A stretch of 64,000 nt of DNA. Source: Laetmonice hystrix (Eukaryota). This document shows positions 12,636 to 24,993 of the stretch, in pieces. The notes below the pieces were generated by a model. That model did not search any database, had not been told where the DNA came from, and was given only the letters and a program-made list of their open reading frames with translations. The stretch is taken from contig OZ249439.1 of assembly GCA_965235115.1 (NCBI GenBank), positions 5,890,001 through 5,954,000 on the forward strand, given 5' to 3'. Made by a program: the position numbers and the translations under genes. The first letter of the stretch is position 1. The number at the start of each line of letters is the position of its first letter.

Positions 12636-13533
12636 GTTACTCAGAACACTGTATCCAAGGAATAGTGAGTTTTACATATCGATAATGGTTACTCAGAGCA
12701 CTGTACTGAAGGAATAGTGAGTTTTACATATCGATAATGGTTACTCAGAACACTGTATCAAAGGAATAGCGAGTTTTACATATCGATAATGGTTACTCAG
12801 AACACTGTATCAAAGGAATAGTGAGTTTTACATCTCGATAATGGTTACTCAGAACACTGTATCAAAGGAATAGTGAGTTTTACATATCGGTAATGGTTAC
12901 TCAGAACACTGTATCAAAGGAATAGTGAGTTTTACATATCGATAATGGTTACTCAGAACGCTGTATCAAAGGAATAGTGAGTTTTACATATCGATAATGG
13001 TTACTCAGAACACTGTATCCAAGGAATAGTTAGTTTTACATCTCGATAATGGTTACTCAGAACACTGTATCCAAGGAATAGTTAGTTTTACATCTCGATA
13101 ATAGTTACTCAGAACACTGTATCCAAGGAATGGCGGATTCTACTTATCGATAATGGTTACTCAGAGCACTGTACTGAAGGAATAGTGAGTTTTACATATC
13201 GATAATGGTTACTCAGAACACTGTATCAAAGGAATTGTGAGTTTTACATATCGATAATGGTTACTCAGAGCACTGTACTGAAGGAATAGTGAGTTTTACA
13301 TATCGATAATGGTTACTCAGAACACTGTATCAAAGGAATAGTGAGTTTTACATATCGATAATGGTTACTCAGAGCACTGTACCGAAGGAATAGTGAGTTT
13401 TACATATCGATAATGGTTACTCAGAACATTGTATCAAAGGAATAGTGAGTTTTACATATCGATAATGGTTACTCACAACACTGTATCGAAGGAATGACGG
13501 ATTCTACTTATCGATAATGGTTACTCAGAACAC
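12636..13533. repeat. Minisatellite, 52-bp unit, ~17 copies
   Basis: GTTACTCAGAACACTGTATCAAAGGAATAGTGAGTTTTACATATCGATAATG tandem. Confidence 0.97.
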
Positions 13534-13643
13534 TCAGCAATTGTGCCGGTTAGAATCAGATCTATAGAAATTCAGTTTTCAATGTCAGTGATGTGCCATT
13601 GTGAATAAGAAACAAGAAAACGTCAGAAGTATTACTCTGGATG

Positions 13644-13814
13644 TGATTGATTTTTGTTGGTCTCGATTTGATTGATTTTTGTTGGTCTCGATTTGATTGA
13701 TTTTTGTTGGTATCGATTTGATTGGTTTTTGTTGGTATCGGTTTGATTGATTTTTGATGGTATCGATTTGATTGATTTTTGTTGGTCTCGATTTGATTGA
13801 TTTTTGTTGGTATC
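13644..13814. repeat. Minisatellite, 25-bp T-rich unit, ~7 copies
   Basis: GATTGATTTTTGTTGGT(C/A)TCGATTT tandem. Confidence 0.93.
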
Positions 13815-15297
13815 ATACCTAGATGACTTGCACGTAGTGTTTGTGGGGAAGTCGAGGAACATTTTGGCTGAGTATGTGGTGGGTGATATATGAATCTGTA
13901 ATTGTCACAGAAGTGACAAGCTTCTGGATATAAGGCTATACAAACCTTTGTCGTTGACCACCAATCCCCACGCAGACCAAATAAAGTAGATATTTTGGTG
14001 TGTGCGTGTTAGGATCAATAACTCCAGCCATGAAGGTCGGCAGTGGAAGCGGAAGTCTGAATGTAGCATCTGGCGAGGGTAGGTTGGTAAGGGAAGGATT
14101 ATTCACTTGTGACCGGTCAAGCAAGGTATGCAATTAAGCCCACCACTTTACCGCCTTCAATGGACAGTGTAACATCCAGTATTACATTATATCTCCCCCA
14201 TTTCCATCTGCAAGCACGAGTTCATCTTGTCATGCGGATCATACCAACTGTCCAAATGGAACATGTTGGAATCATTGCTATGCCCCTCCTACAAACTGAC
14301 CACTAGAATCTAGTCGTGGCCGGCAATAGACAGGATTTAGTGCAGCGTCAATGACAATCGGATCATGTATCTGTATGTTGAATGGTGACCGAGGGTGAAT
14401 CCAAGTCCATCTGCCGGTCAGTGGTCAGTGTGGTCAGCGTGGTCAGTCCTACTTGTGGCGTCAAGCTGGGCACTGCAGCCTGACCGGTGAGCACAAAAGC
14501 ATCGTTAATACCTCCTCCTGCTCCTCGTCTTCCTCTAGCTCCTCCTCCAGTCGACCAGGGCTCACATGGAGTCTGTGAGGAAGCTTTGGCTGGCGGCTAC
14601 CTCCTGCATGACAAGGGGGATGATTGATGTTCAGGGCACACGCACAGGAGGAGGTGGAGGCTGCTGATACACATAAACTGTTAAGATATTACCCATACCC
14701 CAGCTTGTCATTACCTTACTCGGACACTCGGACCTGTATGGCTTTACTGACAGGGCTCTATGGCTGACCCTGCTGTCCCACCCAGACCTAACAATAGACA
14801 GGGCTCTATGGCTGACCCTGTCCCACCCAGACCTAACAATAGACCACCTCAAGTCAGCTCAACTCGGCCGTCTCTGAGACGAATACAGGCAGGAGTCGAC
14901 CAAATCTAACTGTCACAATTATAACTCCACTTCATGGAAACTTTCTGTAAACATTCGTGTTGTTTTTCATTCAAACAAACGTTTATATATTTTTATTTTC
15001 TATCATGATAAATGATTTTGTGAATCCATGGAGAAATACGGTGGAAACCGTCAGGTCTTGATTAAATCGGAATCTCCTGGGACCATCGGTTTGTAATCAG
15101 AAAGCATTCAAGCAGTTAAGGATGAGTAGAAAATTATTGTAGAGTACTCATTAATCCTTCCCAAGGACGTTGATGGCTTGGTATAAAGTACAAAAAGGCA
15201 AACCCCGGGATGATGGCTGGATGTGGATGGTGGTACTTCAGGTAACCATCTCGAATCGTGAACGAGTCGGTCTTGTGCTATTATTGGTAAACACTAA

Positions 15298-15681
15298 GGC
15301 CAAAAAAAAAAGTTTCGTTTCTTGTCCCCGCACGCGTCACCTAAAACCCCCCGCGTCAAGTCTTTTTTTCAAATCCGACTGCTTTATAATGGTGGGCAGT
15401 GTAGCGCTGTGACAGAACATTGCAACGGTTCTTTGGCGTTGGCGTTTTTCTGTTAGTCTTATTGCTTTTATGTGAGTTTTACACATTCAAACACTGAACA
15501 TCAGTGCATTTAGTCTTTTCTTCAAGATTTCTTCATGTACCCAACAGCAATTTCATTCGGAGAATCGGCCGTTGTCTAGTTGCATCCCCCCCAAAAAAAA
15601 GAAAGATGAAAAAAAAACCGCGTCACCGCACCAAAGTTTTGATATGAAAGGACAAGAAACGAAACTTTTTTTTGTTTGGCC
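15298..15681. mobile_element. MITE, 384 bp, GGCC termini, TAA target-site duplication (Zator- or PIF/Harbinger-type, non-autonomous)
   Basis: TAA|GGCCAAAAAAAAAAGTTTCGTTTCTTGTCC ... GGACAAGAAACGAAACTTTTTTTTGTTTGGCC|TAA; ~30-bp TIR; TWA TSD with GG termini is, from memory, the signature of these superfamilies. Confidence 0.75.
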
Positions 15682-16871
15682 TAAGTATACCGCGCATCTT
15701 GACGCGGGGCTCACGACTACTACAGTGTGGGGCGGTGGTGGAGTAGGAGTGCGCCATCATTAACTGCAGAAGGTCGATGGGAACAAATGGAAAGAAAGCA
15801 ATGAAATCATGGTTAGTGGACCGCACATGATGACTAAGGGTAAAGTTTCCTCAAGTGTTAATCTTAGCCTTTCTTTATTGTCTCCACTGGCATTTTCTGA
15901 GCATTAGGGAATTAAAGCGAAGAATGATTGAAAGGCGTTCACATGGAACATTCTCTAGATTTTATTATTTAATTGAATTTTGAGGAGAAATAACATAATT
16001 GACTGATTTTCTCTCGCAAAGTTTCATTGGTCTGTTGCAACTTGGACTGGGGATGGCTGAAATATTTTAAAATGCCATTGCCCCAAGTAGAGAGTGCCAG
16101 TGTTACAATTACCGTCCCCTAAAGTATTCACTCATTTCTGGGGGATAATGAGTCAATTTGAGCCGTGGCGTCGACCGGGTCAGAGCCTGTGCCAGCCTGT
16201 GCCCCATGTGACTGGCTTCGTTTGGCTGCCCACGTGACATTGAAGCCAGCCGGTGGAGTGGCTCCCGAAACCAATACAGAATCCCAAGGACATCCATGTT
16301 TTGTTTGTTAAACATACTAATTACATTGGAGTACGTGAATGGAGCGATCATCAGCATTCATAACCTGTCGGCTGTTTTTGTGTGTGAAGACCCCGTCATT
16401 ATGTTAACCAAAGGAATGCCGTCAGATTGCTCAGTGTTAGGAGGTGGGGGAGATCGTATTCCGGGAAATCTATGTCAGTGATAAAGATTTGAATTCCATC
16501 CTCAGATACATAGTGCAGGCACTCAACGTTTTTCCCGACGTTATAGAAGGCTGGGCCTTTTAATACATAGCGGTTCTGATTGTCAAACTGCGCATGTTCG
16601 TAGTCTGGAGACGACGACCCTGCTGGTTAGGGATTGTGGGAATACAAGTCGTGTTCTAACAATACACTGGTGCAATCATGTCTACATACGCCGGCCAAAG
16701 GGCGTACCGCGGAGATAGAATTGCAGTAAAGAGGTACAAAATAGTCCAGCAGAGTAGCTTGCATTTTAACTGTTTCAAGTCAAATTAGATACATTTAAAT
16801 GAAATGAAGTGATAAACAACCTCAGATAATGTAAGCCATGTTTGATTATGATTATTTTGTGAGTAGTAGTT

Positions 16872-17243
16872 AACTGCTCGGAGGTGTCCATCTTGACACT
16901 AGTCCCGGGCTATCCCACAATACAGCACCAGGAAACTGCTCGCAGGTGTCCATCTTGACACTAGTCCCGGGCTATCCCACAATACAGCACCAGGAAACTG
17001 CTCGGAGGTGTCCATCTTGACACTAGTCCCGGGCTATCCCACAATACAGCACCAGGAAACTGCTCGGAGGTGTCCATCTTGACACTAGTCCCGGGCTATC
17101 CCACAATACAGCACCAGGAAACTGCTCGGAGGTGTCCATCTTGACACTAGTCCCGGGCTATCCCACAATACAGCACCAGGAAACTGCTCGGAGGTGTCCA
17201 TCTTGACACTAGTCCCGGGCTATCCCACAATACAGCACCAGGA
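16872..17243. repeat. Minisatellite, 62-bp unit, 6 copies
   Basis: AACTGCTCGGAGGTGTCCATCTTGACACTAGTCCCGGGCTATCCCACAATACAGCACCAGGA at 16872, 16934, ... Confidence 0.97.
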
Positions 17244-17836
17244 GAGGTTAGTTCCAGCAAAAACGACCTCTGGCGGAAGGGTGTGTCAAACTGTGTAGCT
17301 GTCCAACCTTCCCATGAGTATTCCCATTTGGTTGCTCAATTGACACTGAGTGCCGTCAACAGTTACTGTTCCCAGGAGTAGGTTGGGAATTCGGCCTGGC
17401 ACGACCTCGTCCTGGATGGCCATGTATTCCTGGCAGTCGGATCATTTCAGTTGATGACAACCCAGTGGCATATTTTCTTATCAAGAGAAATACGTGATGT
17501 GGCTGTGAGTTGAAGTACCAGGGCTCGGACATAGTCGAGCGGAGGAACAGTCAGTGCAGGTAGCCGTCTGCCCAGGAACACCTGATCCTCCTTCTATCCA
17601 GTGGTGTGATTAGAATCACACAACAACCGGCTGATCGGCTCGTGAAAGACAGGAATTTGTCTTGCCCGTCAAAACCAGAGGTCTTTTGTAGTTGCACCAT
17701 GTTTCCGCCAACTTTGTGATGTGATCGGAATACAAGGTGCTCCGTTTTATATTTCACGGTACGAATCGACGTTTACGGTAGTACTGATCTCAAGGGATGG
17801 AAACATTCCAATGAAGGTGGGGTGCAGCAGATCTGT

Positions 17837-17837
<1 letters not shown>

Positions 17838-17885
<48 letters not shown>
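17838..17885. repeat. (GCT)16 trinucleotide microsatellite
   Basis: Uninterrupted GCT run. Confidence 0.97.
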
Positions 17886-17890
<5 letters not shown>

Positions 17891-17998
17891 TACAGGGCGA
17901 GACGGCACTACAACCCAGGCGGGCGGCTCTATCGAAGATAATCTCACAGAGTATGTGGATGTGGGCGCTGTACATAGCGGAGAGGAGCAACCACCCCA

Positions 17999-18056
17999 TG
18001 TATGTATGGGCTAATCAGTATGGGCTCATCAGTATGGGCTCATCAGTATGGGCTCA
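17999..18056. repeat. 14-bp tandem repeat, ~4 copies
   Basis: GTATGGGCT(A/C)ATCA repeated. Confidence 0.85.
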
Positions 18057-18180
18057 GCGCTGGTCCCGAGTCGTGGGTACGACTACAGGTTGCATAGTTG
18101 CCAGGTATGTCCTCATTTTGACCAACCCTTGTATAATAATCACTAGGCGTCTGCTGACCTATACCCTGAGTTTTATGTTT

Positions 18181-20495
18181 GGCAGCCGCTGCCTTATCTA
18201 TAGTCTGCTGACCGGATCGGATTGAGTTTAATATCATCATGCAGCCGCTGCCTTATCTATAGTCTACTGACTGGACCGGATTGAGTTTAATATCATCATG
18301 CAGCCGCTGCCTTATCTATAGTCTACTGACTGGACCGGATTGGGTTTAATATCATCATGCAGCCGCTGCCTTATCTATAGTGTACTGACCGGACCGGATT
18401 GAGTTTAATATCATCATGCAGCCGCTGCCTTATCTATAGTCTACCGGACCGGATTGAGTTTAATATCACCATGCAGCCGCTGCCTTATCTATAGTCTACT
18501 GACGGGATGGGATTGAGTTTAATATCATCATGCAGCCGCTGCCTTATCTATAGTCTACTGACGGGAAGGGATTGAGTTTAGTATCATCATGCAGCCGCTG
18601 CCTTATCTATAGTCTACTGACTGGACCGGATTGAGTTTAATATCATCATGCAGCCACTGCCTTATCTATAGTCTACTGACTGGACGGGATTGAGTTTAAT
18701 ATCATCATGCAGCCGCTGTGTTATCTATAGTCTACTGACCGGATGGGATTGAGTTTAATATCATCATGCAGCCGCTGTGTTATCTATAGTCTACTGACGG
18801 GATGGGATTGAGTTTAATATCATCATGCAGCCGCTGCCTTATCTATAGTGTACTGACGGGATGGGATTGAGTTTAATATCATCATGCAGCCGCTGCCTTA
18901 TCTATAGTCTACTGACCGGATGGGATTGAGTTTAATATCATCATGCAGCCGCTGCCTTATCTATAGTCTACTGACCGGATGGGATTGAGTTTAATATCAT
19001 CATGCAGCCGCTGCCTTATCTATAGTGTACTGACTGGACCGGATTGAGTTTAATATCATCATGCAGCCGCTGCCTTATCTATAGTGTACTGACGGGATGG
19101 GATTGAGTTTAATATCATCATGCAGCCGCTGCCTTATCTATAGTGTACTGACCGGACCGGATTGAGTTTAATATCATCATGCAGCCGCTGTGTTATCTAT
19201 AGTCTACTGACGGGATGGGATTGAGTTTAATATCATCATGCAGCCGCTGTGTTATCTATAGTCTACTGACGGGATGGGATTGAGTTTAATATCATCATGC
19301 AGCCGCTGTGTTATCTATAGTGTACTGACCGGATCGGATTGAGTTTAATATCATCATGCAGCCGCTGCCTTATCTATAGTCTACTGACGGGATGGGATTG
19401 AGTTTAATATCATCATGCAGCCGCTGCCTTATCTATAGTGTACTGACCGGATCGGATTGAGTTTAATATCATCATGCAGCCGCTGCCTTATCTATAGTCT
19501 ACTGACCGGATTGAGTTTAATATCATCATGCAGCCGCTGCCTTATCTATAGTCTACTGACCGGATGGGATTGAGTTTAATATCATCATGCAGCCACTGCC
19601 TTATCTATAGTCTACTGACCGGATTGAGTTTAATATCATCATACAGCCGCTGCCTTATCTATAGTCTACTGACCGGATGGGATTGAGTTTAATATCATCA
19701 TGCAGCCACTGCCTTATCTATAGTCTACTGACCGGATTGAGTTTAATATCATCATGCAGCCGCTGCCTTATCTATAGTCTACTGACCGGATTGAGTTTAA
19801 TATCATCATGCAGCCGCTGCCTTATCTATAGTCTACTGACCGGATTGAGTTTAATATCATCATGCAGCCGCTGCCTTATCTATAGTCTACTGACCGGATT
19901 GGATTGAGTTTAATATCATCATGCAGCCGCTGCCTTATCTATAGTCTACTGACTGGACCGGATTGAGTTTAATATCATCATGCAGCCGCTGCCTTATCTA
20001 TAGTCTACTGACGGGATGGGATTGAGTTTAATATCATCATGCAGCCGCTGCCTTATCTATAGTCTACTGACCGGACCGGATTGAGTTTAATATCATCATG
20101 CAGTCGCTGCCTTATCTATAGTCTACTGACCGGATTGGATTGAGTTTAATATCATCATGCAGCCGCTGTGTTATCTATAGTCTACTGACTGGACCGGATT
20201 GAGTTTAATATCATCATGCAGCCGCTGCCTTATCTATAGTGTACTGACGGGATGGGATTGAGTTTAATATCATCATGCAGCCGCTGCCTTATCTATAGTC
20301 TACTGACCGGACCGGATTGAGTTTAATATCATCATGCAGCCGCTGCCTTATCTATAGTCTACTGACCGGACCGGATTGAGTTTAATATCATCATGCAGTC
20401 GCTGCCTTATCTATAGTCTACTGACCGGATTGGATTGAGTTTAATATCATCATGCAGCCGCTGTGGGATGGCCGCTGACGGGATGGGATTGAGTT
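18181..20495. repeat. Minisatellite, ~54-63-bp unit, ~39 copies, with a short hypervariable segment
   Basis: GCAGCCGCTGCCTTATCTATAGTCTACTGAC-[variable]-GGATTGAGTTTAATATCATCAT. Confidence 0.97.
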
Positions 20496-21133
20496 TAATG
20501 ATTTATTATTCAGAAGTGACTGCACCAATAATTCGTCGTCCCTTTGTGGTTCATGAAGTTGCGGTTCTATTTGTTTTTGATAATTATTTACACACAGATG
20601 TTGGCGATTGCTCTCAATCCTGCACAGTGTATACATGACAAAGGCATGCGTTTTGATAAGAATGAGTGTTATATTACAGTTGACAAAACTTGCACCTTGT
20701 CCGACAATGAGGCTATGATGACCTTTCCACGCCTTTCCATCCAATCCTTTGGTAACCTAAATTCTCGGGAACATTTAGGTAGGTTTAATGCCGTGAAGAA
20801 CCTAAACGAGACACATCTATTGACTAATGTAGAGGACGGAATATAAATCAGTACCGTTTACCATTATAGGAAGAGTCCTTTCAAGACAGCATTGGCCTGG
20901 TTTGAAAGGCCATAATTAGTATTAAATGTCCCAGATCACACATGCTGCTGGCATGAGGCGCCACCCCCGGGACGCCCGTCACACTACGTAGCTGATTGAT
21001 TCAGGTTCAGATTCCCAGCCACTATATCAGGATCTAATGGCGGGTTTATAAAGGGTAATAAAGTAACGTAGGGATAATAGGATTCCATCATGTTTTATTC
21101 CGTGTTTAATTGAAATAATATTTGGTACCTTAA

Positions 21134-21478
21134 AGGGAATAGAAAAGTTCCTCACTAACGTACCTTTGAACACCAGTAACACCATATAAAGTGTCTAAGG
21201 TCACACCGATAAGTGGAACACTGTCAACGGCGACTTTTTAAAAATACCGCCCGGGTCATTCGCTATTTCCCACGCGAGACAGCGGGAGCTATATCTATTA
21301 ATAGATTGAGATAAGGGCCAAATAGGGTAAACAAACCGACGAAGCCAGCGGGAGAATGTCTTTACATTTCGGTTGATTATTCCTTTATTAAAGATCAGAT
21401 AATCACAGAATTGTAGGTAAGAACAAGCTTGTTCATGCTGAAAACCCTTATATTGAAAGTTGAACTTTTCTATTCCCT
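21134..21478. mobile_element. Kolobok-type MITE, 345 bp
   Basis: TTAA|AGGGAATAGAAAAGTTC ... GAACTTTTCTATTCCCT|TTAA: perfect 17-bp TIR, TTAA TSD, purine termini (piggyBac would start CC). Confidence 0.75.
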
Positions 21479-22556
21479 TTAAGAGTGGTCAATAATTTTT
21501 GTGGACGGACTGAAGAGTGGTCAATAATTATTATGGACGGACGGTCTTGTAGAGGCGTGACCATTGACCAGGACTGCACACACCTTCACCATGAGGTTTT
21601 GTGTTATTAATCATAGTGTAGGCCTACATTAAATCTCCTGTCGGCAAAAATGACAAATCCCGATCAAGAAAAATATTGAAAAGTATTACAATGTTTTTGA
21701 TAGTTAATTAGTGGAATTTCTTTTTGCAAACATCGGCACATAGAAAAAAGGGACGTACTGGAAGGAAATACAGAATTCCAGAACATATTATTTAGATCAT
21801 ATTACCTGGGCCCAAACGTGATATTTCTGTCCCGAGTCTGTTTTTCTCCCATTCCATGGGTTGGTACGTGTTCAGGAAGGATGACCTTATACCATAGAAG
21901 CTATATGATACGGGTTTATTAGCTCGACAGCTATCAGTTTGTGACAGGAAACTTCACTGACTACCGTAATAATCATTGTTCATCTACTCCGCCCTCTGTG
22001 CGGGCGCTACAGCCGCTCCAGCCGTGCTCATTAGGTGATGTATCGGGTCTCAAAGGCTAAGAAGTCGGCACATGCTGTGGTCGGGCCTTGGAAGGTGCAC
22101 CTCTAATCAAGAATGTATAAGGTTGATTCCGGCTTTCTTTCATAGCATCATTGAGCAGGCCGTGAGTGGTGTAGGCGAGTTTTGGGTGAAAGTGTTAAAC
22201 ACTGTCGTCCGTGGGGCCTGAGGGCGACAGCCGGTGGCTGACTTGCAGATTGCTACAGGTGACTGTCCCTGTCACCCTAAATGTCGGCGTGTGATTTATG
22301 GACCCGGCTCCACCCACTGGAGGCTCCAGAAAAATGACACAAATCATTTCTGAAACAGGGAGAGCAGGACAGGTTCAGCGGCCGCTTCTAGGAAGGAAGT
22401 AAAAAGAGCCGCCTTTGAAAATGCTGAGAATGAGAAGCAACTGTTCCGTCGGAAACTTGCTCATTGATATGCAATTACCGTACAGATTCCATGCATACAC
22501 AGTATCGCCTTTTTTGTATCGTACAAAATATTCAATGAAAGATGTATCGTTATCTC

Positions 22557-23255
22557 CAGGGTGAGTCAAAAAAACTGTACACTCACAAATAGGGCTATGA
22601 ATCAGCGATTTGGCAAAATCAGGACAATGTAGTAATTGGTATGGAAAGAGTAACTCTTGTGCTTCAATTTGGTGGTTGATTTGCTCAGATGCGACCAATA
22701 ATAAAGAAATACTTGCCATTTTTTAAAAACCCCTAACATACCACTTGCGCCAAGTGAGACACAGTCTTTTCAATTCAAAAATTCAAAAAGCAATTAAATG
22801 GACCATTGTCATGACTGTGGTCATGGATGGCATACTGCTCCTATTGCTCATACGCCTGCTTGGTGCTGCTAAAGCATGGTGCCTCCACAGTTTACACCCT
22901 AGCAAAGGGCCTTCTTGATCAACGAATTTTTCCGAGACGCAGAGTGCCACTCTGTGGCTGGGGTGTAAACTGTGGATGCACCATGCGTTTTAGCAGCACC
23001 AAGACGATGAGGATGATTAACATCCACAGATCAGAATTGATTATTACCTCAGCCATGACGCTGGCCCGTTTCATTTCTTTCCATTACTTCCATCATGCTT
23101 TGTTTGAATTGAAAAGGCCGCGTCTCACTTGGCGCAAGTGGTATTTTAGGTTTTTTTTTTAAATGGCAAGTATTTCTTTATTACTGGTCGCATCTGAGTG
23201 GATCAACTGCCACATTGAAGCACAAGAGTTACTCTTTCTGACCCAATTACTACCG
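22557..23255. mobile_element. Palindromic Tc1/mariner-like MITE, right end truncated
   Basis: Left end CAGGGTGAGTCAAAAAAACTG; arms ~22630-22780 and ~23100-23255 are reverse complements; inner arms ~22859-22899 vs ~22960-23003 too; no matching right terminus or TA TSD seen. Confidence 0.6.
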
Positions 23256-24993
23256 ATTAAAGGGTTAGGATGCAATTGTATCATATAACTGTTTGAATAT
23301 GACGACCAGCCGTAAACCTTGCAGATAGCAAAGACGTTTCATGAACGTTGTATAAACGTAATATTGTATGAATACACGTTTTTGTGATGTTGTGTGAGCC
23401 AGGGAGTAAAGTAGCTACGAACGATACAGGTCTGTCTTATTTCCCTCCAATCTTCTTTATTGCGCGGCCTGCAGACCGTCGATAGTATTGTTAAAAAGAA
23501 CTGCCACTTGCTTTTCCAGTTGCTCATATTTTCATACTTTTCACACAGTCATGCTTTTCTATTTTGTCGTGAGGGAGATCAGTTGAATATGTAGCGCATT
23601 GCTCTGCCTATAGACACTTGCCGCGAACATTGTGTTTATACAAAGTAGGTAAATGACTAAAATTGAGGCAAGGCTGATCAGATAATGTGGACTTCCAGTA
23701 TTTTTTTCATGTATTCGGATATTTACATTTTTCGGAATAAGCACTGAATATTCCGTTTGTCACAAACGTCGCTATGTTATTCTATGCGTCGCTATGTTAT
23801 TCTGTCGGATAATGAATATGTCATAGCAAGTCGGTTAACATCGGGGAGGTGTTTGCTATATGATTGATTGTAATACAGGGCTGTGAGCCACCGTTTTAGG
23901 CTTACAACCGAACCACATTTAGAGGGTATGCCTAATTTACCACTCTCACCCCATTCCGCCCAAATAAAACTTTTGACAGCGGTTTTTAAATGTATCTCCG
24001 GTGATTAGTTTGAGATACGAGAGATTGATGTGGGATTTTCAAAGCGACGATATTACATGCAACCAATTAAGTTCCATGGCGAAAAGCCATCAGCCAGCAG
24101 GACCCATCTAATGTAACCACATTCATCTTGGACAGATTTGCTCCTCAAACCTAATATTTTGACCTGGAAATGTCACCGGCAATAGAAATCTCAGGGGGCA
24201 TGTATATGGGCGGATACCATCCGCCACCCTGGCGCCTCACTCGAGACCAGAGAACACTTTTATTCACAGTTACAGACTCGTGTCGGCATGACACAGACAG
24301 ACTACAGATCTCATTCTCAGTCAACCGAATATAATAGGAACCGGATGTAGCTGACTTGTAGGGAAATCAATGTTTTGATCCCTTTGTTTTGAACCCAGTT
24401 ATCCCATTGTCCATTCCAAGGTAAGATTATTTCGCCACGGTGAGTGCTCATTGGTTGTGTATAATGAAAGCAGTTCATTTAACATCCTGGCACTAATAAT
24501 AGTCAGGAGGGTCAAAATGGACAACTATTGCGTGTCTGTCGTTATTCAGTGGCTGCAGTAATACCCCCCTTAATTAAACAACTTGAGGCGACACAGTCGA
24601 CATTAGATTATAGAAGCTTGGGTTATTGAACCCCACTGGGCAGTGCCAGCAGGCATTAAGATCTCTCCATATATTAAAACAGTCGATGTTACTACGGCAG
24701 TGGTAGTATAGATACGAGAATCAAGTTATTTCAATGTTGATCTATGTGGGCTATGTGAACTTCCATGAATAATTTCGCCATTATTACAATACACATCAGT
24801 CTGTTCAGTAGCAGATGCAACCCGTGAGGATAGAGTGCGGGGCCAGACATATACGTCGTATGTTTATTCCTGGTCCGTGGTATATAATAATTGACACCAT
24901 TGCCCTACCAATTACCGCCATCTGCATCCTGAAACGTACTGCTGCTCTCGGGGATACCCTGGGGTCGATGTTACGTATAAATTACTAACTCTA

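Noticed and set aside
14330-14700. Possible minus-strand exon with acidic (EEELEEDEE) or RGG-like reading
   Set aside because: A low-complexity (CCT)n-like tract gives both readings; frames are bounded by stops and lack clear splice sites.
17721-18225. Poly-Ala / poly-Ser ORFs
   Set aside because: Explained by the (GCT)16 microsatellite; no recognisable domain or splice sites.
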